A stretch of 61,353 nt of DNA, filler included, from Sphacelaria rigidula (taxonomy: Eukaryota), in the NCBI GenBank assembly GCA_964200075.2. It is 11 parts of 11 records of this genome, joined end to end, with 100 filler letters (N's around TTAATTAATTAA, not from the genome) between each part and the next. Parts side by side here need not be neighbours in the genome. Positions count along the whole stretch, not along the records: positions 1 to 5,487 come from CAXNAA020026922.1; positions 5,588 to 11,074 come from CAXNAA020026923.1; positions 11,175 to 16,661 come from CAXNAA020026924.1; 8 more parts are not named here. One strand, given 5' to 3'. Shown here in pieces: positions 1 to 12,463 of the stretch. Both the position numbers and the translations under genes were made by a program. Under the pieces are notes generated by a model that saw only the letters and a list, made by a program, of their open reading frames with translations, was not told where the DNA came from and searched no databases. Numbering within the stretch: the stretch's first letter is position 1; each line of letters opens with the position of its first letter.

Positions 1-1461
1 CACGCTTGGGTTCGTTCTAGCCAATGTCGCCAATATGAGGCGCTTCATGCAGCCTGAATCCAAACATCAGGCGCTGTATGTTCATTCTTTTCGTGACACG
101 TTTGAGCTGGTTTTGGGGGGGGGGGGGTATCGTGGAAAGTGTCATCTCACATGTCTCTGATTGATTGATTGATTGATTGATTGCATGCTGCAAAATTCCA
201 TATCGGTTATCATCGGCCAGGTACACCCCCGCCGAGATAGCAAGAAGAAGCTATATTGATTTTTACATTTCGAAAGCAGCACCCCTTACAAGATTCAAAA
301 GGTGGTAACGCGTTCGGTTGATCGCGCGCGTCATTGGACGCCAAAATCCAGATCAATTGCAATGAGAGTCGGCTTGAAGAAGAGAAACGAACGGTCAAAA
401 CGTCAGGGTAACCCTCGGAAAATCAACTGCACCATAATTGAAAACAAATTCACGAGATGATGGTGCCATATACTCAAAGCCTGCCCTAAATATTTGATCG
501 TACATTTAGTGGTAAAGCTGTGGCCACGCAAACACGCCCCTTAAAGTAGTCTACGGATAGAAATGCATGAGGAGTAAACCATCTGAAACTAGCCTATTGT
601 AGCAGGTCTGGGGGGGCGAGGGAGGGCTAGAGTTTTTGTCTTGTTTTCAGATAGCGAGACGAGTCCCCTCTCTATGTCCTTTACAGCGTAAAAATCTTGA
701 TACATTCATATTCATCGGGAGAGTGGTCGCATCACAGGGGCGCATCCACATGGTTACGAAATTCCAACCAAACATGAATTTTCAGTCCCAATCGGCGTTT
801 CGGGTAAATGCCACCATCACGTGCTACAACTTGAAAACAATTTTCCGCTGTCCACTCTTTCACTGAAAGTGGAGTATGACAGCCGGAAATAAGCTCAAAA
901 TGGTGGGGACTTGGCACAAGATTGGTTGCAGTTGAGGTCGAAAAGGCCTAATTTCGAGTTCTCGCAGTCAGTTCCCTGTGTGAGTACCTTGGCGCTTTGG
1001 CGGACTGCATGTTCGCGTTTGATTTCTGCTCCAGTACGAGGTTTGAGACACGAGCACCCTTTTGAGATCGGCGCCTCAGCCCTTCTCGGCCTGGGGTTCT
1101 CCAACACGGGTTTGATTGACTGCTCGTTAGTGTAGGGAATGACAACTATGATCAAGATCAACCACGCTTTTAAACAAAAGCGTACAGTATACCCTACATC
1201 GGTCACAGTACTACAGTACGGTACAGAAGAAGAGCATGACGCAGCACATCCCCGCGCCGCACCATACAAGAAAGTGTGGTCCTACATATGCTTGTCAGTA
1301 TGAAGACCTGCGAACGACAGGCGTGACTCCCGGTACGATGTCAGAACAGCAGCGACGAGTCTTCAGGAGTGGCAATAAATCAAGTTAGCCAGGAGCGTAC
1401 AGCACAGAACAGTGCAGTATACTATATATTGTTGAAAGTATACGGATTTGATTCGATTGCT

Positions 1462-1799
1462 ATCTCACATTAGCTGATTGCAACAACCCAGCCCGTGCTC
1501 AGGAGCAGCAAAAACAAAGAACAGGACAAGAAAGAAGAAAGGGAACAGAAAAATACATGAGCAACAAACAACAAAACGAGATGATCATCTCACATTACGT
1601 AGCTGATTGCAACAATCGAGCTCGTGATCCGAAACAGAACACAAATGGAAAACAAATGAAAGAAATGAAAAAATAGAACGCTATGACGAAAAGAAAGGAG
1701 TACAGAAGACAAAAAAAAAAAAACGCAGAGAAAAGAACCAAAACGGGGAGGGGGGGGGAAAAAAAAAAAAAAAAAAAAACAGCAAAGGGGAAGAGACGG

Positions 1800-1845
<46 letters not shown>

Positions 1846-1851
1846 AAAAAA

Positions 1852-1888
<37 letters not shown>

Positions 1889-4560
1889 GCAGAGTCAGGA
1901 CCCTTTTCGGGGTGGGGGGGGGAACACAGACAAATAAAAAAACAGACAAGGAACCACCAGGAACAAGAGGTAAGCAATTCAGAGATGGGAACCAAACACA
2001 ATGTTTTTTCGTATCTAGCGTGGGCTATGACGAGTTGGTGTTGGCTGTTGGTACTGTCGGCCCCAGGTGCTGTCGGTGTATCTTGGCCTGCAGCTTTCCC
2101 GTGCCGGATTGCTGTCTCTGGGTCATCCTTTTGGCACCACTCCGCCATAAACCGTTCTGCTCCCTGTTCAACACAGTTGTGCCACTATACTACATTCAAG
2201 GCTCTGGTAGTCCATTCCTGCCGTTCGATACCGAACGCCTTCATGTCTTCCGCAAGGCAGCAAATCCAGTCCTTGTGCTTGGCGTTAAACTCTCGTTCGT
2301 GCCCCTTTACGGCTATAATTTCACCGAACATGACGTGTTTCGGTATCCGTCCGGGTGACATGCGCGTGGCGAAACCGGCGAAGTGGAGTGTCCTTTTCCT
2401 CACCGTCATCTCGATGCTTTCACATCCTATCCTCGCGAGGGTCTCTCGGTATGACAGAATGTGGTCTGTGCGATTGCGCTTGTGCCATCCAAGGCAGCGC
2501 CTGAGCAACGCAGGTGGGCCGCGCGCAGTGGGTTGTAATGGGCGTTGTAAAGGACACATGTGATGCACCCGTACAGAAACGCCTCGATGACCTCAGCTTT
2601 GAACATGCGGACCTTGAGGTAGATGGCCGCCATAAACCTTTCTGCTCTCGTCTATCGTAGGCACGACGTCGAGCGACGTGCTCGGAAGTCGCGCCTGAAG
2701 TTGGTCGATGATTGCTGGGTTGAGGTTGGGCGACGTAGTGTTGGGGAGGGTGTGAAACCACTGTGCCCACCGCATGCGGATGAGCTTTACGTCTCTGAGT
2801 ACTTGGCCCTTGTTGTCGCGGATATATTGCTGCTGTGAGCTACATGGCTTCCTCCCTTCGACATCGATTCTCTTCAGGTGCCTGTAGAAACCGCGTTGGT
2901 CACCTGCCGCGGTGTGCACTTCAAGTCGGCTGACGTAGGTCTCGAACAATATCTCCACCGCATGTGCTCTAAGGCGACCGGGTTCCTTGTTGGTCTTCTT
3001 CAAGACTTTCTTGAGGTTGGTGTCAGTGGGCGTTGGCATCGATGCCCTCCGTGCTGTTTCCCTCGCCATCCATACAGTGTGGAAATTTTCCCTGGCCTCG
3101 ACACTCGTGCACCAGCCGTGGGAATCTCCTTGGTTTTTCTCGTGGCGTGCGGTGTCTGCTTCGGCGGATATCAGCATCTTGGTAAGGCTGCAGCCATGTC
3201 GACGGCGGTGGCGTCTGTAGGCGAGGGGTCGAGGGGAAAGGTCGTCTGCAACGTCATTGCCCTCAACTCTGGGTCAGCCATCAGCCTTTCATGGTCGGTG
3301 GCTCTATGTCTTGGTACGTGTTTCCGCATCTTACGATTGAGCGCGAAGGCACCACGAAGCCGGACCTTTGCGCACAAGGTTATGATCAGACTCGCGTTTT
3401 CCGGGTGGTGGGCGGCGGGCGGAGATGTTGCGTACGAGTTTTTCGTCAGTCTGTCTGATAGTATGTAGTTAAGGCGATAGCGTACCTTCCCAGCGTTGGA
3501 GCTTTGGAAAGTATACGAGATGCCCCGCTTGGGTGTTCTGAAGAACGTATCGAGCACGGCAAGACATTATTCCTCTGCGAAGGCCAGTAGCCTCTCATCG
3601 TTATTGTTGAGTACGTCCCGCCCGTATTCGCAAAGTACCTTGCTATCATTCTCCCCACCTCCCTCCCGTCGTTTCCCAGTGCGGGCGTTGGCATCCATGA
3701 TGACGAATAGGTGTTCCTTGCCAGGTACTTGTGAGATGCTATCGGATACGTCGTCCCAAAACTTGTTCTTGTCGCGCAGCGGAGCGATCTCCGTGGGAGC
3801 GTGTCCAACTACAAATGATACTGCGTTCATAAGTCGAGCACTGAGGTACTCGACCGTGGTGCCTTTTTCTCCCATCTCCTCCAGAATCGACTCCTTGATG
3901 GCGATTCCTACCCTATGTTGTCCTGCCCTCCCCTTAGCCCCGCTTGTATCACAAGAACAGAGTACCGTAAATCCCGCCGCACTGGACTCCGATTGGTCAT
4001 CTCTTCGAGTCTCTTGCAAACCCACGATATTGCAGCCCGGACTCTCACGAGGTTTCAGGACCATCTCGCTGTGGCCAATGCCGTTCGCACCTTTGCAAGC
4101 GAGCGCGCGAATATTGTAGGTGCCGACAGTAACCTCGCCATCCTGGCCCTCGCCCTCGCAATCTTTTTTCTCTTGTCGGCCGTCCTCCAATCTGTTCGTC
4201 TCCTGCACCTCTTTTTCCGAGCGGCGCTTTTTTTATTCTCCTCTGTCCTTTTTCATGCAAGTGTATATTTCTGTTCTGAAACTGGCATTGCTCCGTGTGT
4301 GCTTGTTATCATAGATGGTTTCGGGAGCAGCAGTCTCGACATGCCTCGACCGGTTCCACCACCGCATCGCTTCTTGTGCTTACACACGAGTAAATACCTA
4401 GCGGTTCTACTCTCCTTGCTACGTATCCCACGCTTTCGGCTCAGCTTACCTGGTGCCGTTGCCCCGGGCTGTGCAGCCGCGGCAAATTTTGCCGTTGGAA
4501 AAAAACTCCCTCGGGCAAAATTCCACCGCATCAGGATTTAATACCATCATCGTCGAGCGT
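1462..4560 (-). mobile_element. Degenerate RTE-like LINE: APE endonuclease and C-terminal region present, RT core deleted
   Basis: Minus-strand fragments: GTYNIRAL…IVGLQETRR…VGIAIKESI…MDANARTG (3567-4130), LNYIL (~3470), RWAQWFHTL…DVVPTIDE (2650-2790), LKVRMFKAEVIEAFLYGC (~2560-2630), RTLHFAGFATRMSPGRIPKHVMFGE (~2320-2400). Frameshifts and stops throughout. Pyrimidine-rich 3' UTR with a duplicated end motif near 1465 and 1590. Confidence 0.85.
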
Positions 4561-5416
4561 AAGCAGCAGGTGGGGAAGCAAGACGGTTGCTACCCTAATA
4601 CTGCTGTTGATGGTGTTGCTACTGTCGACGATGATGCCTTTTCTCTGCACTTCAGGTGTGTGCACGCAGGGTCGCAGCTCACACACCCGCCTCGGGCCGG
4701 GAGGCAACGCGGGGAGGAAAGGTATCGGATATTGGAATGTCATGCGTACCAGAGGAAACTTCAAAACGTCCGTTAAAGTGAAAGGCGGAGCGACTAGTTA
4801 GTGCCGATTCGACTACAGTACACACATTTTCCACGCTCGCTTCCATGTCGCTTGCTTTATAACGAAAGCTCTCATGCACCACACAAAATCTTGAGGGCAA
4901 AACGACGTACATTCGTTCATCGTTTTCTTTCGAAACACACGACATACGTTACCCACCTCGCATTCAGGCACCCGGTGATCGTGTTGCCTGGTCGACATGT
5001 GCTGGGCGTTGCGGGTATTTTTTGTGCTCATTCCATGGGTTTCTTCGGTGCTTTCGACGTGCGCGGCTGCAGCAGAAACGCTGAAGGGATTAAACGTCCG
5101 AGCTCTGTAACGCACGGAAATATTGTACTGTCCAACGCCCACATTTCCCACTAAAAAGCTGCTGTCTCGAGACATTCGAGGAAGCTTCATGAAAGACAGG
5201 GACCTACGACCAGCAGGTGGGGAGAAGAAGAGGCCACGCGTAGATATGTGTTGTAATCTACTTCGTACAGAAAGATGTGGGCTGGGGCTTGGCTGGGGGG
5301 AAAGTATGACAAGAGAAGCCAGTTATGAGCCATAATGTTCGCCGATAAGCTGATATATATTGTGTCAAGATTACACATGAACGTCTCCGCAGAATGATGG
5401 CTTTTGTCAGAGTTTG

Positions 5417-5487
5417 TTAACCCTTAGACCGCGAGGTGAGTCTTCTGTTGAATCGGCATCAATTTCAAGTGAAAAAAAGTGTACATG
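5417..5487 (+). mobile_element. piggyBac-like MITE, truncated by scaffold end
   Basis: Starts TTAA-CCCTTAGACCGCG; homologous to 11271-11382 and 59916-60024. Confidence 0.6.
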
Positions 5488-5587
5488 NNNNNNNNNNNNN
5501 NNNNNNNNNNNNNNNNNNNNNNNNNNNNNNNTTAATTAATTAANNNNNNNNNNNNNNNNNNNNNNNNNNNNNNNNNNNNNNNNNNNN
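5488..5587. other. Artificial 100-bp scaffold spacer (N/TTAATTAATTAA/N); recurs at 11075, 16662, 22249, 27836, 33423, 39010, 44596, 50182 and 55768
   Basis: Identical spacer with stops in all six frames; the segments between spacers are 5487 bp (x7) then 5486 bp (x4). Confidence 0.98.
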
Positions 5588-6011
5588 TGTGTTTCTTTCA
5601 TTTTTTTGTCCGGGTTGTGTTATAGTAGGTTAAATAAGAAGGAGGGTTAGCTTCTCTATTTCATGTCTATGTCCGGACTGTGTCACAGTAGGTTAAATGA
5701 AAAGGAGGGTTAGCTTCTCTATTCCATGTCCATGTCCGGGCTTTGTTATAGTAGGTTCAATAAGAAGGAGGGTTAGCTTCTGTATTTCATGTCCATGTCC
5801 GGGGTGTGTTATGATAGGGTAAATAAAATGTGTTTCCGGTGAAAACCATCGGGTTGTTTCATTCGTTTCATGTTATGTCCGTCGGTCCGGGACTTTTTTC
5901 TAGTGGCAGTCCCCGGTATATGTACAGTGACAGTCTGTACATTTGTCTAGGTTTTGGTAGCTTGATCTACAGCGTCGTTGCCACTCGACGCCAGCCCAAG
6001 AGTCTAGAGGT
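5588..6011 (-). repeat. ~63-bp minisatellite (about 4 units) plus unique flank; same family as 51836-52615
   Basis: GTCCGG recurs at 5608, 5671, 5733 and 5796; flank 5830-6011 is the reverse complement of ~51836-52030. Confidence 0.8.
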
Positions 6012-6109
6012 GAGGGGGGGTATCTTGGTGTGGCCGCGACGCTCGTGCGGTTCAAGACTCTTGTGTTTGGCGAGGGATAGAAACTTATGTGCGCGAATTT
6101 GTCCGCTAG

Positions 6110-7728
6110 TGTCCTCGCTGTGCTGACTCGAGGGTGGACGATGTTGTTCCCCATCCGCTCGGTGGAACGGTCCACGGAACCGTGCCGAATGAAGCCGTTC
6201 ATTTTGGCTCCTTGTAAGTGGGCGAGAGTGGCCCGCTAAATTCCCAAGGTTTGTCGGAAGATGCTGGATTTCGATTCAAACATCATTGATGATTTGAGCA
6301 ACTTCGTGTCTCCGGAACCAGTAGCAGTGTGTACTGCTGAATAGACTGCTGCACCTTTGCTAAATTGGTGCAAAACTTGAGGGTACCGCGTGAGTGGGTG
6401 ATTGATACCGCCACACATTTCAAGAATGCGATCTTGGCCCAATTGTGAGAGGCTTTACCCGTCGATCACCAGTTTGCGGTTGCGTATTCTCCGTGGTCTA
6501 ACGGCACGTGCGAACGCATGGTCAAGGAACTAGTTTGTGCTCTTCGCTCTATGCTTCTCGAGCAGTGTAGAGCAGTTTCCGAGTGGGTGGACGTTTTGCC
6601 TGCGGTGCAATGGATGCTCAATACAGCGTATCGTCGTCGTTACGATAGTACGCCGTATCACGTGATGTTTGGCCGAAAAGCACGTTTTTCTCGGTGTTGG
6701 TGTCGTCTTCGGTGGGGGAATGGAAGTAGGATGTCTTGGATCATGTTCAAATCAAGCGTGCGTTGCAAGGAGTGTTAGACTTGCAAGAACGTTTTCACGC
6801 TCAAGTGCAGGAAGCAGTGTTTTCGTGGGATCGAGAGTAGAGGATACGATTGGCAGTGAAAAGCGGTCACTTAGTGAATGAATCGTCTTAGTTCCGAAAT
6901 ACCCCTCCACGAGCCCTAATATGCTTTCTGTAGTACCTGACCACTAATGCCCCCGATATCCCAGAGTAGGATATCGACGTGTAGCTGTAAGCACACGCAA
7001 GTGATAGAGGCAAAGAAAAGCACACAAGGAATAAAAAAATGGCTAAGTTCAAGCAATTGACCGAAGCCACTCTCACTCAGCGCTCTACTCTCAATATCAC
7101 GAAAACCGTTTTAGGAGCGTGTTTCCGCCGAACGTGCGCGTAGACGTTAGGGGTCGTCGTCGGGGCTGGAACTGCCGAATTTCGAGGTAGGCGGCTATGT
7201 CTTGTATGCACACGTGCGTGGTCCGGGCGCTATGACCAAGTTGATGACGACGTGGACTGGTCCGTGGAGAGTGGTTGGTGCTCACTACCCGCGGGTGTTT
7301 GAGATCCAGAACATTGTTTCGGGTTGTGTTCAGACCGCCCATGTAGCTCGTTTGCGTTTTTATGCAGACTCGCAACTTGATGTTACGGCTGACGGTAAAG
7401 TCGTGTTCCAGCACGCTTTCAATCAGGGGCAATTTCAGATGGCTGGTATTGTCCGAGTGGCAGAAGCAGATGATCGTTCGTTGATCGCGTTGGTCAACTG
7501 GGTTATTGGTTTCGAAGTTGAGGAGCGTACGTGGGAGCCTTTCAGGGATATTTTTGAGGCCGCTCCGGAATTTCTCACGAAGGAGTTGCGTAAATTGCGC
7601 GTCACTCGTGCGGTTGCTGCTCGCATTACCCGTGAGTTTGGTACTCAGTTGTGGCTTGCTCATCGTTTTGGCGTTTTCTATGTGTCAAGCTTGTTGATCG
7701 ATTTTCGTCCAACGCGCTCTGGGGATGC
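6110..7728 (+). mobile_element. Degenerate Gypsy/Ty3 pol 3' part: integrase, GPY/F motif and chromodomain
   Basis: AYSPWSNGTCERMVKELV…WVDVLPAVQWMLNTAY…TPYHVMFG (6480-6680); WTGPWRV…AHVARLRFY…WVIGFEVEERTWEP (7250-7540). Interrupted by an insertion at 6818-7106. Confidence 0.9.
6818..7106 (+). mobile_element. ~290-bp solo-LTR/MITE-like insertion inside the Gypsy element
   Basis: Ends TGTTTTCGTG…CACGAAAAC (short inverted repeat); homologous copy at 39502-39797. Confidence 0.65.
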
Positions 7729-7949
7729 TGTGATGAAATTGCGCCATTACGTTGAGTTGGTAGTGATGGTTTGGATAATGACCGGGGGCACGGGGATGAT
7801 ACCTCGCAGATCTGTGAGGCTGTGCTTGCAAAACACACCGGATAATGAAATGTTGCAAAGGCTGACAACTGAAACCGAGGCCAATGAGACAAGGGAGTCA
7901 CTCAAACAGCAGTGATCCAGCAGTTCTTCTTCTGGCTAGCGTCACAGTC

Positions 7950-9745
7950 CGCAAACATGAAGCAGTGCTTCACACTGAAGCAGTGGCACGATACTTTAGG
8001 ACACATCGATCCGGCTGTCATGAAATACCTCGAGAAGCCTGGGCTGATCAACGTCAGAGTCATCCTACGATAGGGAGGGGTATCTGGTTGCACGAAAAAA
8101 GAGGCTCATAAGTGTGTCAGGCATCCTTCCACACTTACGTTGCGCTTGTATTTGNNNNNNNNNNCTGACTCGAAATTTCGAGCAACAAATGGCCCAAAAT
8201 ATCCCCCCCCCTATCGTAGGATGACTCGTCACTGATACCACGATGGCGTCCGAGATGCGCTGCCGCGTCTGCAAGGAATGCAAGTCCAAGGTGCTCAGCT
8301 TTGGCCGCGGCGACAGGCGTTCCAAAGCACCAGGTGAAGTTGTGCACGCCGGTCGTGAAGGGCCTTTCCACGCCGATGTCACGGGAATGAAATACTTTCA
8401 GGTTTTCGTGGACGAGGTCAGTCGAGACAAGCACGTTGTTGGACTCAAGACACGATATATGCTGCCACTGGCGCCACGGGAGCCTATATCGACGAAATGA
8501 CCGTGAGAGAGTGATCATCAAACGTATTAGCGGAGACATCGCTGGGGAACTTAAACGGTCAGTCAACTTACAATGGATGCTGACCAATCGCGGCATCAAA
8601 TGGCGCTACTCACCGCCAAGGACACCGCGAAGTAATGGAGTCGCTAAACGTGCAATTCAACAAATGATGAGGATAGAACGCAGCCAACTGGTGGAAGAGG
8701 GACGCGGAGAGGACTACTGGTTCTCGGCTAAGATCCTAGACATCGTGGGGGAGCTGAAGGCGGTCAAATTCAGTGATGACGAGGACAAACCATCGGAAGA
8801 AGAGGAAGCAGCGCCAATCGACGGCGATGATGGCCCGGGCGGACAGCCACCACAGGACCCGCATCATCGAAGCGCTCTTCTCCGGGTAGTGGACTGCGCA
8901 GGTCCAGTCGACTAGCGCAACGGCATCAAGGGAGCAACGCACAGTAGCGCCTTAGGAGTTCTGACGACCGTAGTTCTGATGACGAAAGTTCCCTCGCAAG
9001 CCTTTTACAAGATCAGGACAAAGGCACATTGTGCATTATCGGCGGCGAAATTATCACTTTATCACAGGAACCGTCGACAGCGAAAGAAGCCCCGACAGAA
9101 CCTGACGCTAACAGATAGAAAGTGGTCATGGAAGAGAAACTCCAATGGGAAGACAACGAGTCTCACAGCCGAGAGGCCGGTGAACCGTTGGGACCACGGG
9201 TGTCACCGACGGCGTCTGTAACTCATGCGACACCAAGCGCGGACAAGCGCTCCGAAGGCTTAAACACCGAGGGATCCCAGACGAGAAACGAGCAGCAGGT
9301 TGGACTGGAGGATCAAGCCATCTCAAACGGAGATGATCGTGAACGGGACCGAATCACCGAACCACCGGAGATGCTGGGCGATAACAAATGAGCGAAGCTC
9401 GAGAAAATATTCGTGCCGAGCGCGGACGGTTCTGGCCTTGACCAAGAAGCGAAGGAACAGCCCGCAGTGAAGGAAACGACAAATGCAGTGGAGGGACCAC
9501 CCAAGGGTGCGGGATGCATATCGATCAAGAACAACCTCGCACAAAGCCAACAAACTTTCACGTAGCCGTTCTCGACGAAGGATATCAAAACGGAAAAGGC
9601 GGCGACAGTCGGGACGAGTCCGGAGGGTCCAGGTTCACCACGTGACTTTAATGGCATTCGATGGAAAGATTTTCGGCTCATATCTAGCACATTGGGTGTG
9701 ATCCTATTAGCTCTCTGGAGTTACCGCTGTACGGTCATGGAGGAG
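7950..9745 (+). mobile_element. Degenerate Copia/Ty1 element: GAG-pre-integrase HHCC and integrase core; no RT/RNase H seen
   Basis: QWHDTLGHIDP…[MITE]…MRCRVCKECK; GEVVH…YFQVFVDEVSR; IKRISGD.AGE…GIKWRYSPPRTPRSNGVAKRAIQ. Acidic linker follows; PPT-like GGAGGAG at 9739-9745. Confidence 0.85.
8057..8227. mobile_element. MITE with GAG…CTC TIRs and 4-bp TSD (Sola-like)
   Basis: TIR GAGTCATCCTACGATAGGG / CCCTATCGTAGGATGACTC; TSD GTCA at 8053-8056 and 8228-8231; the same TIR recurs at 34141-34157. Confidence 0.8.
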
Positions 9746-10158
9746 TGTGCAGATCATGTATTGGACATAAACCTCATGCGTAGATTATCAGGTATGTAGT
9801 CAACCTGCCTGGTACGAGTCAGTGCGGGCTAGTACAAAATACCAACGGGAACGGTCCGGGAACCAGTACTGTAGCCAGTGTTCAGTCGAGCCAGAACGGC
9901 TCCGCGGCTCTATATCGTAAGTTTTATACCTGGGACTAAGAGCTGAGATTCAGAGAGAGAAGGTTCAGATAGAGCTGTAAGCAAGCGGGTGGCATCTGAA
10001 TGAATAATGAAAAGCACGGCGATGCAGCGCCCCACTCGGGTCCGTTGTCTGCTCAACCCGTCAAGATCTCTCGAGACAATATTTGTCTTGTTCCGCTATA
10101 AACTGGTGCACTGCGAGGAAGCGCGCCACGGCCACACCAAACACCTCACAAATGCACA
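9746..10158 (+). mobile_element. Putative 3' LTR of the Copia element
   Basis: TGTGCA…TGCACA termini directly after a polypurine tract. Confidence 0.6.
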
Positions 10159-10160
10159 CG

Positions 10161-10166
10161 ACAACG

Positions 10167-10232
<66 letters not shown>

Positions 10233-10254
10233 GCAACAACAATAACAACAACAA
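10161..10254 (+). repeat. (CAA)n microsatellite
   Basis: About 30 CAA units with few variants. Confidence 0.97.
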
Positions 10255-10355
10255 GTGCAGCAGTAGGAAATGGACAACACTATTATGGTATTGATAACAT
10301 CACCCCCGCTCCCCGGTGGTCACAATTGAAATGGTACAATTGAAACCTATGAGGA

Positions 10356-10560
10356 TGTAATGCGTGAGAGGACCGCGTGCTTAGAGGACCGCGCCGTAGT
10401 TCAAAATACCTCAGGATCGACGTTTTTCAAAACCAATCGGGTCAGTCCCTGCAGGTACCACGCCCCTGACCCTAACCCTAACCCTAACCCTAACCCTAAC
10501 CATAGGGGTGTTTAAATTCCGATGCGATCCTCCAAGCACGCGGTCCTCTCACGCATTGTA
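10356..10560 (+). mobile_element. ~205-bp MITE carrying (CCCTAA)5
   Basis: TIR AATGCGTGAGAGGACCGCGTGCTT at 10359-10382 and 10534-10557; (CCCTAA)5 at 10470-10499; inverted homologue at 12253-12463. Confidence 0.85.
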
Positions 10561-11270
10561 AGGGCGTGAAGAGTGAGAGTTTGGATGCCAGCAGATGCGT
10601 TCGGTTTGTTTTTTGGAAAGTATCTGTTTTTCGTTGTTCAAATCGCGAGGACGTGAGCAGATAGAAACGTTTGTTTGGCAAGAGTAGGCGCGGTGTGGGA
10701 GTAGTACTGACGTAATCCATGATACCAGAATATCGAACGCGTATCGGGGGAAAGATGGTTGATCCCTTGAGACCACGGACTCGTCTCGATGAAGGGGAAG
10801 GGTCAGAAGTGCGATCCCCCCGAATGAAAAAATATTTGGGAATGTGTAGGTATCTCTCTCTGTATGACCCCATGCAGAGCACAACCGGTGAATTCACAAG
10901 CAATCTTGATTATCATGGCGGCGTAAGTTCCGTCTTCACACCCCGAGGACTGCGTACTTCTCCTCTAGTCTCTTGCCTTCCCCCCGAGACACTTTCTACG
11001 ATAGTCCCCCCCCCCAAAAGTGCACGATTTTGGGAGACAAAATCTTCACGTAAATCGAAATGGGAAAAGCCTAGNNNNNNNNNNNNNNNNNNNNNNNNNN
11101 NNNNNNNNNNNNNNNNNNTTAATTAATTAANNNNNNNNNNNNNNNNNNNNNNNNNNNNNNNNNNNNNNNNNNNNAGGAGCTTCCTCTCTGTCGTTGCTTC
11201 TCTCTCTGGTGATATCGTCATCGACACGCGTGTACACCGCATTTCGTTGGGTGCACCTAGCCAGAGTTGC

Positions 11271-11382
11271 TTAACCCTTGGACCGCGGTGCCCGTAGCCC
11301 ATCTGGACCACGCGTGTACTTTTTTCAAGTGGATATTGATGCCGATTCAGCAGGTGATCTACTCTCGCGGTCTGACGGTCAA
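11271..11382 (-). mobile_element. piggyBac-like MITE (~110 bp)
   Basis: TTAA-CCCTTGGACCGCG…CGCGGTCTGACGG-TCAA; the homologous host sequence near 25641 shows the empty site. Confidence 0.7.
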
Positions 11383-12252
11383 GTCCTCCTGGGGAGTTTG
11401 GGGGGGGGAGATACTTTCGCTCTGTGTTATTCTTTCGTATCTTCCCTGCAATAGAGAAATGCGACTTCAGCCCCATTTTAGTGTTGAACCCCAAAATTTA
11501 AAATCGGCTGTTCGTAGGATGCTCCTGTGAAATACAGGCGCAGGGATATCCTTGTGACAGGGTTGACAAGTGTGTCCTTGTGACAGGGATGACAGGGAGA
11601 ATCATACGAGTACGCACCTCATGTATCTTTCGACGGCTTACTACTACTGTATTTGAAGTACAAGTCATACGTTACTTTGCTTGTGGATTTCTCCGCCGTA
11701 TCTGAACGAACCACCCTGAAAAATGGCACAGCGCGAGACCACAACACAGACAGCACATTCTCGGATCGGCGGCACGTTTTACGTGGTGCGCCAGACGCAC
11801 GAAGTGAAAACGGATTCTGGGCAATGCCATCGATTCGCCCTCAAAACGGAGTCCCCTCGCCCCAGACAGTGTGAGACGTCAGTGAATGCATATATGGACA
11901 CGCAGATGCATTCACTCCCACATCATGACCTGCTGGATGGCACCTGCCCCGGCAAACGAGCATCGATCCGTATTGGGTACACTCTGGATAATGTCATTAT
12001 GCGCGATACTTATCTTGGCATCGCCTGTAGAGGTGCTCACTTCAGGAGGCACGGTGCTTCTCAGTGTCGCGCCAAAAGAAAGAGAACGTCAAATGTACGC
12101 CGATTTTCGCATACAATAACCATTGTATAAGTTACCAGCTTGGATCATCCGCAAAGTAGGTGTAGTTCACATGAGCGAGGTGCCCCAGAGGGACGACCTA
12201 CGGCCCAACACACGGCATATCTAAAAGGCTATGTTCAAGGCTGGATCGTCGG

Positions 12253-12463
12253 TGTAATGCGTGAGAGGACCGCGCGCTTAGAGGATCGCATCGGAATTTG
12301 AATATCCCTACAGTTAGGGTTAGGATTAGGGGAAGTGTTAGGGATAGGGTCAGGGGCGTGGTACCTGCGGGGACTGACCCGATTGGTTTTGAAAAACGTC
12401 GATCCTGAGGTATTCTGAACTACGGCGCGGTCCTCTAAGCACGCGGTCCTCTCGCGCATTACA
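12253..12463 (-). mobile_element. MITE with TGT…ACA ends, 5-bp TSD and degenerate TTAGGG tract
   Basis: TGTAATGCGTGAGAGGACCGCG…CGCGGTCCTCTCGCGCATTACA; TSD GTCGG at 12248-12252 and 12464-12468. Confidence 0.88.

Noticed and set aside
1683..1937. Poly-Lys and poly-Phe ORFs
   Set aside because: Translation of a low-complexity A-tract in a LINE 3' UTR; probably also low sequence quality.
5532..5543. Periodic TTAATTAATTAA motif as a biological repeat
   Set aside because: Always embedded in N runs of fixed total length; it is an assembly linker.
10007..10343. Poly-Asn and poly-Thr ORFs
   Set aside because: Translations of the (CAA)n microsatellite.
10470..10499. True telomere
   Set aside because: Only five units, internal to a MITE with sequence on both sides.
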